DNA of 64,000 nucleotides from a virus. Its lineage: Duplodnaviria; Caudoviricetes. The DNA lies in the IMG/VR virus record IMGVR_UViG_3300046170_000302; one strand, 5' to 3'. The position numbers and the translations under genes were made by a program. A model generated the notes under the pieces. That model searched no databases and was not told the DNA's origin. It saw nothing but the letters and a program-made list of their open reading frames with translations. Of this stretch, positions 54,259-63,481 are shown piece by piece. Numbering within the stretch: position 1 is the stretch's first letter; each line of letters opens with the position of its first letter.

Positions 54259-56304
54259 ATGGGATATCTAGGCAGACGCATAGGTTTATCACAAGACAAC
54301 GGAGATTCTAATCCAGGAGCATCAGGTGGTGCTGTTGGTGGTGGAATATTAGATTTATTTGCACATGGATATTTTGAGAGACAAGGAGATCTTTACAATG
54401 CTCCTGGTTCTTCAGCACTAGTAGGTTTAACAGCAACTGGTGGTGCGATTAGTGATTATATTTCTGGTACTGATGTTTACAGAGCACATGTCTTTACTTC
54501 ATCAGGAACTTTTGATGTAAGTGCTTTAACAGATAATGTTCCAAGTGGGAATAGTGTTGAGTATCTTGTAGTTGCTGGCGGAGGTGGTGGTGGTGGATCA
54601 TTTGGTGGTGCCGGAGGTGCTGGTGGTTTAAGAACTAATTTAACAGGTCATCCATTAACTGGTGCAGCATTTCCAGTATCAGTATCTTCATATACGGTAA
54701 CTGTTGGAGCTGGTGGTGCTGGTAACCCAGATCGTAGTAGAGGAGCAAAAGGAGTCGATTCAGTTTTTGGATCTATAACATCAACTGGTGGTGGTTTTGG
54801 TGGAGGAAACGACAGTGGTGTACACCCAGCAGGACCTGGTGGTTCTGGTGGTTCTGGTGGTTTATCTGGTGGAGCAGGAACACCAGGAAATGGAAATGAT
54901 CCACCAGTTTCTCCGCCACAAGGAAATAACGGCGGTACATCAATTGATGCTGGTACATATGCTGGAAACTGCACTGGTGGTGGCGGTGGTGCTGGAGCAG
55001 TAGGCACAAATGCTTCTTCCCCAGGAGTTGGAGGAGCAGGTGGTGCTGGTGTTCAGGTTGCAATTGCAGGACCAGCTGCTGATACAACTGGTGTTGGAGC
55101 AATAAACCCAGGACCAGGACAATATCAATGGTTTGCAGGTGGTGGCGGTGGTCACAGTGGAGAAGTATCAGGACGAACTAGATCTTCTGGTGGTGTAGGT
55201 GGCGGAGGACAAGGTGGAATCAGTAATGGTGCTGTCCTAGGACCCAGAGTTGGATTACCTGCACAATATGCTACAGGTGGTGGCGGTGGTGCTTCTGGTG
55301 GTGGTAATCCTAGTCCTGGTGGTTCTGGTGGTTCCGGTATTGTAGTTGTAAGGTATAAAATAGCATCAGTAGCAACTACAAAAGCAACTGGTGGTGCTAT
55401 TAGTTTCTATAGTAATAAGACTATTCATGCCTTTAGAAGTTCTGGTACTTTTACCGCCCCAGGCACTTTTGATGAAACAGTAGAGTATGTTGTAGTTGGT
55501 GGTGGTGGCGGAGGTGGTGGTACTGCCCCCGGACCCAACACTGCTCATGGTGGCGGTGGTGGTGGCGCAGGTGCATATAGAACAGCTTCTATTCCTCTTG
55601 CGGGTCCATTTACTGCTCCAGTTACTGTTGGTTCATCTGGGTCTGGTGGAGTTGGGTCAAACAATGGCGCAGACGGTGGAACAACTACTTTTGCAGCACC
55701 AACGTCAATCGTGTCCCCTGGTGGTGGTGGCGGTGGTTATGGACAACCTGGTGCAAATGTTAATGGAACATCATCTCCTGGTGGATCTGGTGGTGGTGCT
55801 ACAAGAATAATTGGTTCTGCTCCTGGTTCAGGATCTTATGGTAATCCTGGTGGTTACCGAACACCAGCTGTTAATGACCAGGGTGCTGGTGGTGGCGGTG
55901 GTGCTGGTGGTGCTGGTGGCAACTATGGTGGTCCTGCACCTTATCACACAGGATATGGTGGACTTGGTGTCCGACTCCCCGCAACATTTCAATTTGATGG
56001 TAATTTAGGATACCCTGGACCGGGAAGCACTCATTCTTGGGTTGCTGGCGGTGGCGGTGGCGGTGCTGGCGACAATGCCAATGGTCCTGTAACTAATGCA
56101 TCAGGTGGTCCGGGTGGTGCAGGTAGTTCGAGTGCAGGTCCGTTCGCAGGTGCTGGTGCCGGAGGAAGTCATATAAACAATGGAGGATCAAACGCTGAAG
56201 TTAATTCTGGATCTGGTGGTGGAGGAGATGGTCCTGGTCCCGCATCTCCCAAGACAGGTTCTAATGGTGGTTCCGGTATTGTCCTCATTGCATATCCTAC
56301 CTAA
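54259..56304 (+). CDS. Glycine-rich adhesin-like protein with two tandem domains
   Basis: Paralog of 38447 and 40387; ends GSGIVLIAYPT. Confidence 0.75.
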   Translation: MGYLGRRIGLSQDNGDSNPGASGGAVGGGILDLFAHGYFERQGDLYNAPGSSALVGLTATGGAISDYISGTDVYRAHVFTSSGTFDVSALTDNVPSGNSVEYLVVAGGGGGGGSFGGAGGAGGLRTNLTGHPLTGAAFPVSVSSYTVTVGAGGAGNPDRSRGAKGVDSVFGSITSTGGGFGGGNDSGVHPAGPGGSGGSGGLSGGAGTPGNGNDPPVSPPQGNNGGTSIDAGTYAGNCTGGGGGAGAVGTNASSPGVGGAGGAGVQVAIAGPAADTTGVGAINPGPGQYQWFAGGGGGHSGEVSGRTRSSGGVGGGGQGGISNGAVLGPRVGLPAQYATGGGGGASGGGNPSPGGSGGSGIVVVRYKIASVATTKATGGAISFYSNKTIHAFRSSGTFTAPGTFDETVEYVVVGGGGGGGGTAPGPNTAHGGGGGGAGAYRTASIPLAGPFTAPVTVGSSGSGGVGSNNGADGGTTTFAAPTSIVSPGGGGGGYGQPGANVNGTSSPGGSGGGATRIIGSAPGSGSYGNPGGYRTPAVNDQGAGGGGGAGGAGGNYGGPAPYHTGYGGLGVRLPATFQFDGNLGYPGPGSTHSWVAGGGGGGAGDNANGPVTNASGGPGGAGSSSAGPFAGAGAGGSHINNGGSNAEVNSGSGGGGDGPGPASPKTGSNGGSGIVLIAYPT

Positions 56305-56324
56305 ATAACTAAAAAGTAGATAAG

Positions 56325-57052
56325 ATGTCACAGCTCTACGTTAACAATATTAAGAGTCGAGTGGGTGGAGCTGTTAGTTTCACTCAGGGCATCATTAGTG
56401 CTGGAGCAACCTTCAGTGGGAAATGTATCGGTTGGTGGGAACACTGACCGTATGAGATGTAACCAATATTGACTCAGTTGGTGTTGTAACTGCTAGAACA
56501 GGAATTAAAGTTCTCGCAGGTGGTATTAATGCAGTTGGTGTTGTAACTGCTACTAGTTTTTCAGGTGATGGATCAAGTCTTTCTGGTGTTGTTTCTGGTA
56601 TTGAAGTTAAATCTGGCGGATCATCAGTAGGTACATCACTTACAGCAATTAATTTCTCTGGTGCTACAGCTAGTACTGGGTCTGCTGGAATTACAACGAT
56701 TACTATTGCTGCTGCAGGTATCAACACAACAGCATCATCACCATCAGCAAATACAGTTGTTACACTAAATTTAAGCACAGCACAACATCATGACCTGACA
56801 CTAACAGCAGGTATTACAACAATTACTTGTAGTGGTGGTAGTTTTGGTGATTCGCACTCAGTTGTGATAAGTCAACCATCATCAGGTATTGCTACTGTTG
56901 GGTTTAGCACATTCTTCTTATTCCCATCAGGGTCAACACCAAGTATGTCAACAGGAAGTGGTAAGGTAGATTTAGTTTCATTTGTAGTGAAACGAGTAGG
57001 CGCAGGAGGGACACAGTTACTAGCATCTGCTGGTCTCAACTACAGCAACTGA
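56325..57052 (+). CDS. Short fibre (stalk) protein, paralog of 43022..43927; frameshifts near 56420-56460
   Basis: MSQLYVNNIK start; NIDSVGVVTA; C-terminal VVTLNLS...FLFPSGSTP...TQLLASAGLNYSN. Confidence 0.55.
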
Positions 57053-57065
57053 GGAGGATAGATAA

Positions 57066-60000
57066 ATGGGAGTATTAATTCCGAGTTTACAGTCAGGACT
57101 TCTTAATCAGTCTAGTGCTCAAATAGTTGATGGTAGTTTGAAGTTTAATGAAACATCAGGTAGTTATCTAACTAGAACTCCAAGCTCTAATGGAAATAGA
57201 AAAACTTGGACTTGGAGTTGCTGGTGTAAGATTGCAAAACTTCCAGTAAGTGGAACAAATGGTGATAGAACTTTGTTTTCCGCAGTTGATACTTCAAATG
57301 GTGGTGATGACGATGCTATAAGATTTATTAGATCTGGAATAACTGGAGGGCAGAGTTTATATTGGAGTTCCTCTGAGTATAATGTAGGGGATGAAGAAGC
57401 AATATACACAAATGCGGTTCTACGCGATCCTAATGCGTTTTATCATGTAGTTCTTATAAAAGATACAACACAATCAAGTTTGGCTAATGGTCAAATGAGA
57501 ATGTATATTAATGGAGTAGAACAATCATTAGTTGAATCAAATGCTATTTCGCAAAATGCAGAAAGAGCTATAAATTCACAAATCCCACATGCCATTGGTG
57601 ATCATTATGGTCAAGATAGACCATGGGATGGAATGATGACTCAGGTCTATCTAATAGACGGATTATCACTTGGTCCTGGATATTTTGGATTCACTGATCC
57701 ACTCACAAATACTTGGAGACCTAAAAAGTTTAAAGCAGAGGGAACGACTTTAAATGATGGTACTGTTTGGAGTTCTAAGGTAACAGGAGCAAATAATCCA
57801 GCAAATGCATTTGATGGAAGTCTATCCTCAAATATGGATAATAATGGTTCTGCTGGAACACCTATTGTTCTAACGGCATCTTTCACAAATGTAACCTCAT
57901 TTAGATACTATACAAGTAATAGCAGTGCTCATGATGTTTCATTTAGTGGAGGAAGTGTAACAACTGATGCGGCATCATCTGGCTGGAGAACTGTTTCTGC
58001 ACCTTCATCAATAACTTCAATATCATGGATTCATTCAAATGAACCGGCTGCGTATGTTGTAATAGAGGCAATTGAAATTAATGGAGAAATTTTAAGAGAT
58101 AGCACTACAACAAACCTTGCCTTTGGAACAAATGGTTTCTACCTCCCAATGGATGGAAACTCACCAATTGGAGAAGATAAATCTGGTAGAGGAAACAACT
58201 GGACACCATCAGGATTTGGTGGTTCTTTAGAACTTGGTAATCCAAATGTATCTGGTGCAAAACCAATCCTGAATACTGATGGTGGTGGTAATGTTGCAAG
58301 ACCTGGTGTATTTGGTAGTGAAGTAGGAGCATATTATGCAGTTACTGTTGCATCGGTAGGTGGTGGAAACAGATATCACTTTGATGGAGTAGATAGACCT
58401 AATCCCACACTAATTCGTGGTGCAACATATACCTTCGACCAATCAGATAGTTCTAACTCTGGTCATCCACTCAGATTTGCCACAGCTGCTGATGCTGCTG
58501 GAAGTTCACAATATACTGATGGTGTTGTAACAAATGGAACACCTGGTTCTGCTGGTGCATATACCAAGATTACAGTTCCACATAATGCACCAAATACCTT
58601 ACATTATTATTGCACAAATCACGGTGGTATGGGAAGCTCTACTTCTCAAACCACTGATGAAACCAAAGCAGACCCTTATGCCTGGAAGAATACTCTTGCA
58701 CTTCCATTAGTTGGTAGTGCTAATGATGTAAGTAATTCTGTTAATAGTGGAAGCACGACAAAGACAATTACTGTTTCTGGTCCGGTTGCCTCAACTGTTC
58801 AAAGTAACTTTTATAGTGGTAGTTTTGTATTTGATGGTTCTAATGATAGAATAATTACTGCAACTGATGCATCTCTGGAATTTGATGGAGATTTTACTTT
58901 CGAAGCATGGGCTAATAGAACTGCAACTGGAAGAGAGTGTTTATTTGCACAATGGCTTAACTCTTCAAGTGCTAATAGGTGGAGACTTGAATTGGATAAA
59001 ACCAGCGGTAAGGTTACTTTTGTTGATGGAGAGAGCAATGAACAATCATTTACTTATACAAGCGGTGTAGGAACATGGAATCACTGGGCTATCACCCGTA
59101 GTGGTAATACTGCATATATTTTTGAAAATGGAAATCAGATTGGGACATGGACCAGTACTACAAATCTTGGAAACGGAGGAGATTTTACTGTAGGAAATAC
59201 TGAAGATGGAGGGCTTTGGTGGCAGGGATATATACAGGATGTAAGAGCTTATAAAGGAGTAGCAAAATACACCAGTAACTTTGTAGTTCCCGCAACCTCC
59301 CCAGACGTTCTTCCAGACACCCCATCAGGTGTGAGTGGTAGTTCTAAACTTACTAAAGTCATTGATGGTGCTGTGCATTTTGATGGAACTGGTGACTATT
59401 TGAGTCTTGCTGATAGTGATGATATTGACTTGACTGGAAGTATTAGTTTTACAGTTGAGGCATTTATCTACAAAAAGGATAGTGCAGAGGATCAAATTTT
59501 TGAATTTAGAGGTGGAGGATCTACAGGATGGACTTTATATACCACAACAAGTAATACTCTTCAGATATATGACTCTGTTGCAAATACTCAAGTTGGAACA
59601 TCAACGGGAAAGATCATTCCAAACGCATGGAATCATATTGCTCTGACCAAGAATGGTAGTGGATCTAACAATTGTGACTTTTGGATTAATGGAGTAAATT
59701 CTGGAACATTTAGTTTAGCTTCCTTTGCAACAACAGATAGTACTGGACTTCGTATTGGTGCATCTAAAGATACTTCGGCATTCTTTACTGGGTTTATGAG
59801 TAATGTTCGTATCCTCAAAGGAACCGCACTTTATACCTCAAACTTCACACCATCAACAACACCACTCACTAATGTAACCAACACAAAACTCCTGTGTTGC
59901 CAGTCTAATACTTCTGCTAATTTAACAGGAGTATCACCAGCAACTTTCAGTAATGATGGAAGAACATATAGTTCAGGTGTAACATTCTCTCCAGGAGTAT

Positions 60001-62084
60001 TGAGTTCAACTAGAGGTGGTGATAAAGCATTTAATGGCACAATCTCTGATAATGCCTCAGCATCTACTAATAATCCTTCACTTTTGACTGCATCTTTTTC
60101 AGCAAACCTTACTGGAGTTACATCTTTAAAAATATACAGTGGTTCTAATAGTTCTAATGCTTATATTAATGGTGCATCAGGTAGTACTGTTTCAATTACA
60201 GCAAACAACTGGACTGACTTAACATCATTAGCATCTGGTGCAAGTGGAACTATCAGTAGTATATCGGTTGTAACTGCTGGAGATAATGCACAGTTAGCTG
60301 CTGTAGAAGTTAATGGTTGTATTCTTGTTGATGGACTTGTGGGAGAGGCATTGGTAAGAGTAGGAGACACAGCAGCAACCAACTTCAACCCATTCAACAC
60401 TGATATAAACACAGTTCGTGGACAAGAGACTGATTATTGCACTATAAATCCATTAGATGGATATGTTTCCACGAAAGATGGAAACCTGGAGACATCCACA
60501 AGTAGTGGATGGCAGAGTATTAGAGCAACACTTGGAATGAATTCTGGTAAGTTCTATTGGGAAACTCAAAACAACCAAGATGCTTCAGCAATCCTTGGAA
60601 TTGCTGATTCGGAAGCAACAGGGTTTGTGGATGGAAGTATTTTTGGCAGTACTGGTCATGGAGGCGGAGATGCAAATCCTGCATATACTTGGGCAGGTGC
60701 GAACTACTACTTTAATGCAACTACAGCAGGCACCGGACTTTCAAACCATGTTCCTTCAGATGTTGTTCAGTATGCGTTTGATGCTGATAGTGGTAAACTT
60801 TGGTTTGGAAGAAATGGTGTTTGGTACAGTTCCTCTTGGGGAACCACTGGAAACCCTGCGGGTGGTTCTAACGCAACAGTGAGTGGCATAAACACTACTA
60901 AGACATATCTTGCCTGTGCTTCCTTTTATAATGGTTCAGGTAAATTTAACTTTGGACAAAAACCCTTCAAGTTCCCACCACCTGATGGTTTCTCACCACT
61001 GAATGCTGCTAATGTTCTTCCAGAGACTGTAATTACACGTCCTGATAAGTATGTTGGGGCAACAATTTGGGATGGAACAGGATCAGCAAGAAGCATAGAT
61101 ATTGGTACACAACCAGACCTAGTTTGGGTTAAAGTAAGAAATCATACTTATTATCATTATTTGGTTGATTCTGTCAGAGGAGCAGGAAAAGAATTAAACT
61201 CAAACACAACCGACGATGAATATACGGACACCAGCAATATATCTGCATTTAACGCCAACGGATTTAGTTTGGGAACTGGGGCTGGTGTAAACCAATCTGG
61301 TGGAAAAAATTATGTGGCATGGTGCTGGAAAGCTGGTGGAAACAAAAACACCTTTAATGTTGATGATGTAGGTTATGCAAGTGCTGCTGCGGCAGGATTA
61401 GATGGTGGAAATATTAATCCTAACCGTGCATCTGTTGGGACCAAGCAAGGTTTCAGTATCATAAGATATACTGGGACCGATGCAACATCAAATACTTTTT
61501 CTCACGGATTGACCCAAAAACCAGATTTTGCAATATTTAAGAATACATCTCAAGATGGAGACGATTGGATTGTATATCACTCCTCTATAGGAGCAACAAA
61601 GAGACTAAAATTAAACTCATCTAATGCAGCTGATTCTCAAACCTCTCAATTCAATGATACCGAACCAACATCGTCAGTGTTCACCATTGGAACCTATGAT
61701 AATATTAATAAACTGAATAATAATTATATCAGTTACATATGGCACAATGTCCCCGGACTACAGAAATTTGGTTCCGTTGAAACGGTTAGTGACGTTGGGT
61801 ATGCTGAGATAGGATTTAGACCAGCACTTGTAATCTTTAAAAATATAGATGCCAGTTCGAGTTGGTCCATTAGAGATAATAAAAGAGTCCCGTATAATCC
61901 CAATGACATATTATTGAGGGCAGATACAGCCGGTGAAGACTTTACAAGCAGTGGAAAAGTAGATTTTCTCTCTAATGGGTTTAAGATTCAAGGTAGTGGT
62001 TTTGGCAGTTATACATATATCTACGCAGCATGGGCAGAAGCACCAGCATTTAACTTGTATGGCGCACAGTCAAACGCCAGATAA
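57066..62084 (+). CDS. Large LamG/SPRY-domain tail-fibre or receptor-binding protein B (1672 aa) with a cupredoxin-like insert
   Basis: Intact ORF, paralog of 43941..49747; GHPLRF...YCTNHGGM. Confidence 0.8.
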   Translation: MGVLIPSLQSGLLNQSSAQIVDGSLKFNETSGSYLTRTPSSNGNRKTWTWSCWCKIAKLPVSGTNGDRTLFSAVDTSNGGDDDAIRFIRSGITGGQSLYWSSSEYNVGDEEAIYTNAVLRDPNAFYHVVLIKDTTQSSLANGQMRMYINGVEQSLVESNAISQNAERAINSQIPHAIGDHYGQDRPWDGMMTQVYLIDGLSLGPGYFGFTDPLTNTWRPKKFKAEGTTLNDGTVWSSKVTGANNPANAFDGSLSSNMDNNGSAGTPIVLTASFTNVTSFRYYTSNSSAHDVSFSGGSVTTDAASSGWRTVSAPSSITSISWIHSNEPAAYVVIEAIEINGEILRDSTTTNLAFGTNGFYLPMDGNSPIGEDKSGRGNNWTPSGFGGSLELGNPNVSGAKPILNTDGGGNVARPGVFGSEVGAYYAVTVASVGGGNRYHFDGVDRPNPTLIRGATYTFDQSDSSNSGHPLRFATAADAAGSSQYTDGVVTNGTPGSAGAYTKITVPHNAPNTLHYYCTNHGGMGSSTSQTTDETKADPYAWKNTLALPLVGSANDVSNSVNSGSTTKTITVSGPVASTVQSNFYSGSFVFDGSNDRIITATDASLEFDGDFTFEAWANRTATGRECLFAQWLNSSSANRWRLELDKTSGKVTFVDGESNEQSFTYTSGVGTWNHWAITRSGNTAYIFENGNQIGTWTSTTNLGNGGDFTVGNTEDGGLWWQGYIQDVRAYKGVAKYTSNFVVPATSPDVLPDTPSGVSGSSKLTKVIDGAVHFDGTGDYLSLADSDDIDLTGSISFTVEAFIYKKDSAEDQIFEFRGGGSTGWTLYTTTSNTLQIYDSVANTQVGTSTGKIIPNAWNHIALTKNGSGSNNCDFWINGVNSGTFSLASFATTDSTGLRIGASKDTSAFFTGFMSNVRILKGTALYTSNFTPSTTPLTNVTNTKLLCCQSNTSANLTGVSPATFSNDGRTYSSGVTFSPGVLSSTRGGDKAFNGTISDNASASTNNPSLLTASFSANLTGVTSLKIYSGSNSSNAYINGASGSTVSITANNWTDLTSLASGASGTISSISVVTAGDNAQLAAVEVNGCILVDGLVGEALVRVGDTAATNFNPFNTDINTVRGQETDYCTINPLDGYVSTKDGNLETSTSSGWQSIRATLGMNSGKFYWETQNNQDASAILGIADSEATGFVDGSIFGSTGHGGGDANPAYTWAGANYYFNATTAGTGLSNHVPSDVVQYAFDADSGKLWFGRNGVWYSSSWGTTGNPAGGSNATVSGINTTKTYLACASFYNGSGKFNFGQKPFKFPPPDGFSPLNAANVLPETVITRPDKYVGATIWDGTGSARSIDIGTQPDLVWVKVRNHTYYHYLVDSVRGAGKELNSNTTDDEYTDTSNISAFNANGFSLGTGAGVNQSGGKNYVAWCWKAGGNKNTFNVDDVGYASAAAAGLDGGNINPNRASVGTKQGFSIIRYTGTDATSNTFSHGLTQKPDFAIFKNTSQDGDDWIVYHSSIGATKRLKLNSSNAADSQTSQFNDTEPTSSVFTIGTYDNINKLNNNYISYIWHNVPGLQKFGSVETVSDVGYAEIGFRPALVIFKNIDASSSWSIRDNKRVPYNPNDILLRADTAGEDFTSSGKVDFLSNGFKIQGSGFGSYTYIYAAWAEAPAFNLYGAQSNAR

Positions 62085-62137
62085 TTGATATTCTGATTAA
62101 ACTGATATATAATACAACTGAATACATTATACATTGA

Positions 62138-62765
62138 ATGGCATATCAATCTATTTGGTATTACACAGATCTTCCTGAAGATGTTGTAAATATCGTGGAG
62201 AAGGATCTCACAGAGAAGTTTGATCCTTCAATGGCAGACTCCAAACTTCATGGAGATGCACTCAACAAAGACAAACGTGACTCACAGAACACCTGGATAC
62301 CCTCTAATCATTGGGTTGGTGGTTTCTTGTGGAGTTTTGTTGAACGTGCAAACAGAGAGAACTTTTTGTATGATTTGAGTAATATTGATGGTGAAAGTCT
62401 TCAATATACTCGATATGAGACAGGTCAGTTCTATGGATGGCATAATGATGCTGGACTTGCAACACAATATAAACCTGTAAGCGTAGGGTAACAGAGGTAA
62501 TGGACAGGAGAATGTTCAGGACTTTGTAAATGAGAACTGCGAAAGAGTTCGTAAGTTATCCTTCTCACTACAACTGAGTGACCCTGATGATTATGAGGGT
62601 GGTAATGTTCAGTTTATGGATGAGGGTGGTAAGAGTTACTTTGCCCCTCGTAAGAGAGGTTGTATCGTGTTGTTTGACTCACGGACACAACATAGGGTAT
62701 TGAAGGTTACTAAAGGAACCCGTAAGTCTATTGTGGGTTGGGTTGTTGGACCGAGGTGGAAGTAA
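62138..62765 (+). CDS. 2OG-Fe(II) oxygenase (prolyl-hydroxylase/PKHD-like), frameshifted near 62488
   Basis: QYTRY..GQFYGWHND, then RKLSFSLQLSDPDDYEGG, GCIVLFDSRTQHRV..VTKGTRKSIVGW..GPRWK. Confidence 0.8.
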
Positions 62766-63481
62766 TGGCAGAACAAATGAACGAACTGCAGTTATTGTTT
62801 CAAGAGAAACAAAACACTGGAACATCATGGACTCGTAATGAAAAGTTTGATAAAGATGGATACTTAGTTGTTAAGGATCTGTGGGATGCTGAAGAACTTT
62901 ATCACCCACTTCCAGAACTGAGAGGACAACTCAACTACTGGGATAAGAATGTAGAGAACTTCAATCATACTGAAGTAGAACAACAAGTAGAAGGATCACT
63001 TGCACGATACTGGCACCCACAATATCGTCTAATTCATAGTGGTATTCGTCTAAAACTGGAAGAGATTATCGGTCGTAAGTTATATAATACTTACTACTAT
63101 GACAGGTATTACTTTCCTGGACAAGAGCTAAGTAAGCATGCTGACCGTGATGCATGTGAGATTTCAGTATCAGTTCACATTAGCACTAACCTAGAAGGTA
63201 AGGATGCTAAGTGGCCCTTTATGATTAAGACACCTGATACATACACTGATAAGAAGAAAACAGCTGTTCTTGTTCCTGGTGAAGAAAGAAGTCTGTCACT
63301 AGAACCTGGTGATGGTTTGTTGTATAAAGGATGTGAAAGACCACACTGGCGTGAAGCAATGCCAGGTAAAGTGAAGAAAGTATTTGGTAAGAAAGTTGAA
63401 CTCTATTATCATCAAATCTTCTTTCATTATGTTCTTGCTGATGGTCAGAGAGCACACTGTGCAGGGGATATGGCACGATGA
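62765..63481 (+). CDS. 2OG-Fe(II) oxygenase-like protein
   Basis: YYYDRYY..GQEL..HADRDACEISVS, PGDGLLYKGCERPHWR, QIFFHY. Confidence 0.72.
   Translation: MAEQMNELQLLFQEKQNTGTSWTRNEKFDKDGYLVVKDLWDAEELYHPLPELRGQLNYWDKNVENFNHTEVEQQVEGSLARYWHPQYRLIHSGIRLKLEEIIGRKLYNTYYYDRYYFPGQELSKHADRDACEISVSVHISTNLEGKDAKWPFMIKTPDTYTDKKKTAVLVPGEERSLSLEPGDGLLYKGCERPHWREAMPGKVKKVFGKKVELYYHQIFFHYVLADGQRAHCAGDMAR

Larger units (their letters stand above)
24962..56315 (+). repeat. Six dispersed exact copies of TAAATAACTAAAAA (late promoter plus A-tract)
   Basis: At 24962, 40364, 49745, 50776, 53578 and 56302, each just upstream of a gene start. Confidence 0.8.

Noticed and set aside
38826-56008. Many overlapping Val-, Pro-, Thr- or His-rich ORFs in and opposite the glycine-rich genes
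   Set aside because: Alternate-frame readings of GGT/GGA runs, which lack stop codons.
33830-56260. GGT-rich tracts as microsatellites, G-quadruplex arrays or CRISPR-like repeats
   Set aside because: They are in-frame Gly codons with synonymous variation and show no repeat-spacer periodicity.
43941-62084. Diversity-generating retroelement or invertase shufflon acting on the fibre genes
   Set aside because: No reverse transcriptase or recombinase gene in the window, no adenine-specific TR/VR pair, and the repeats are direct rather than inverted.
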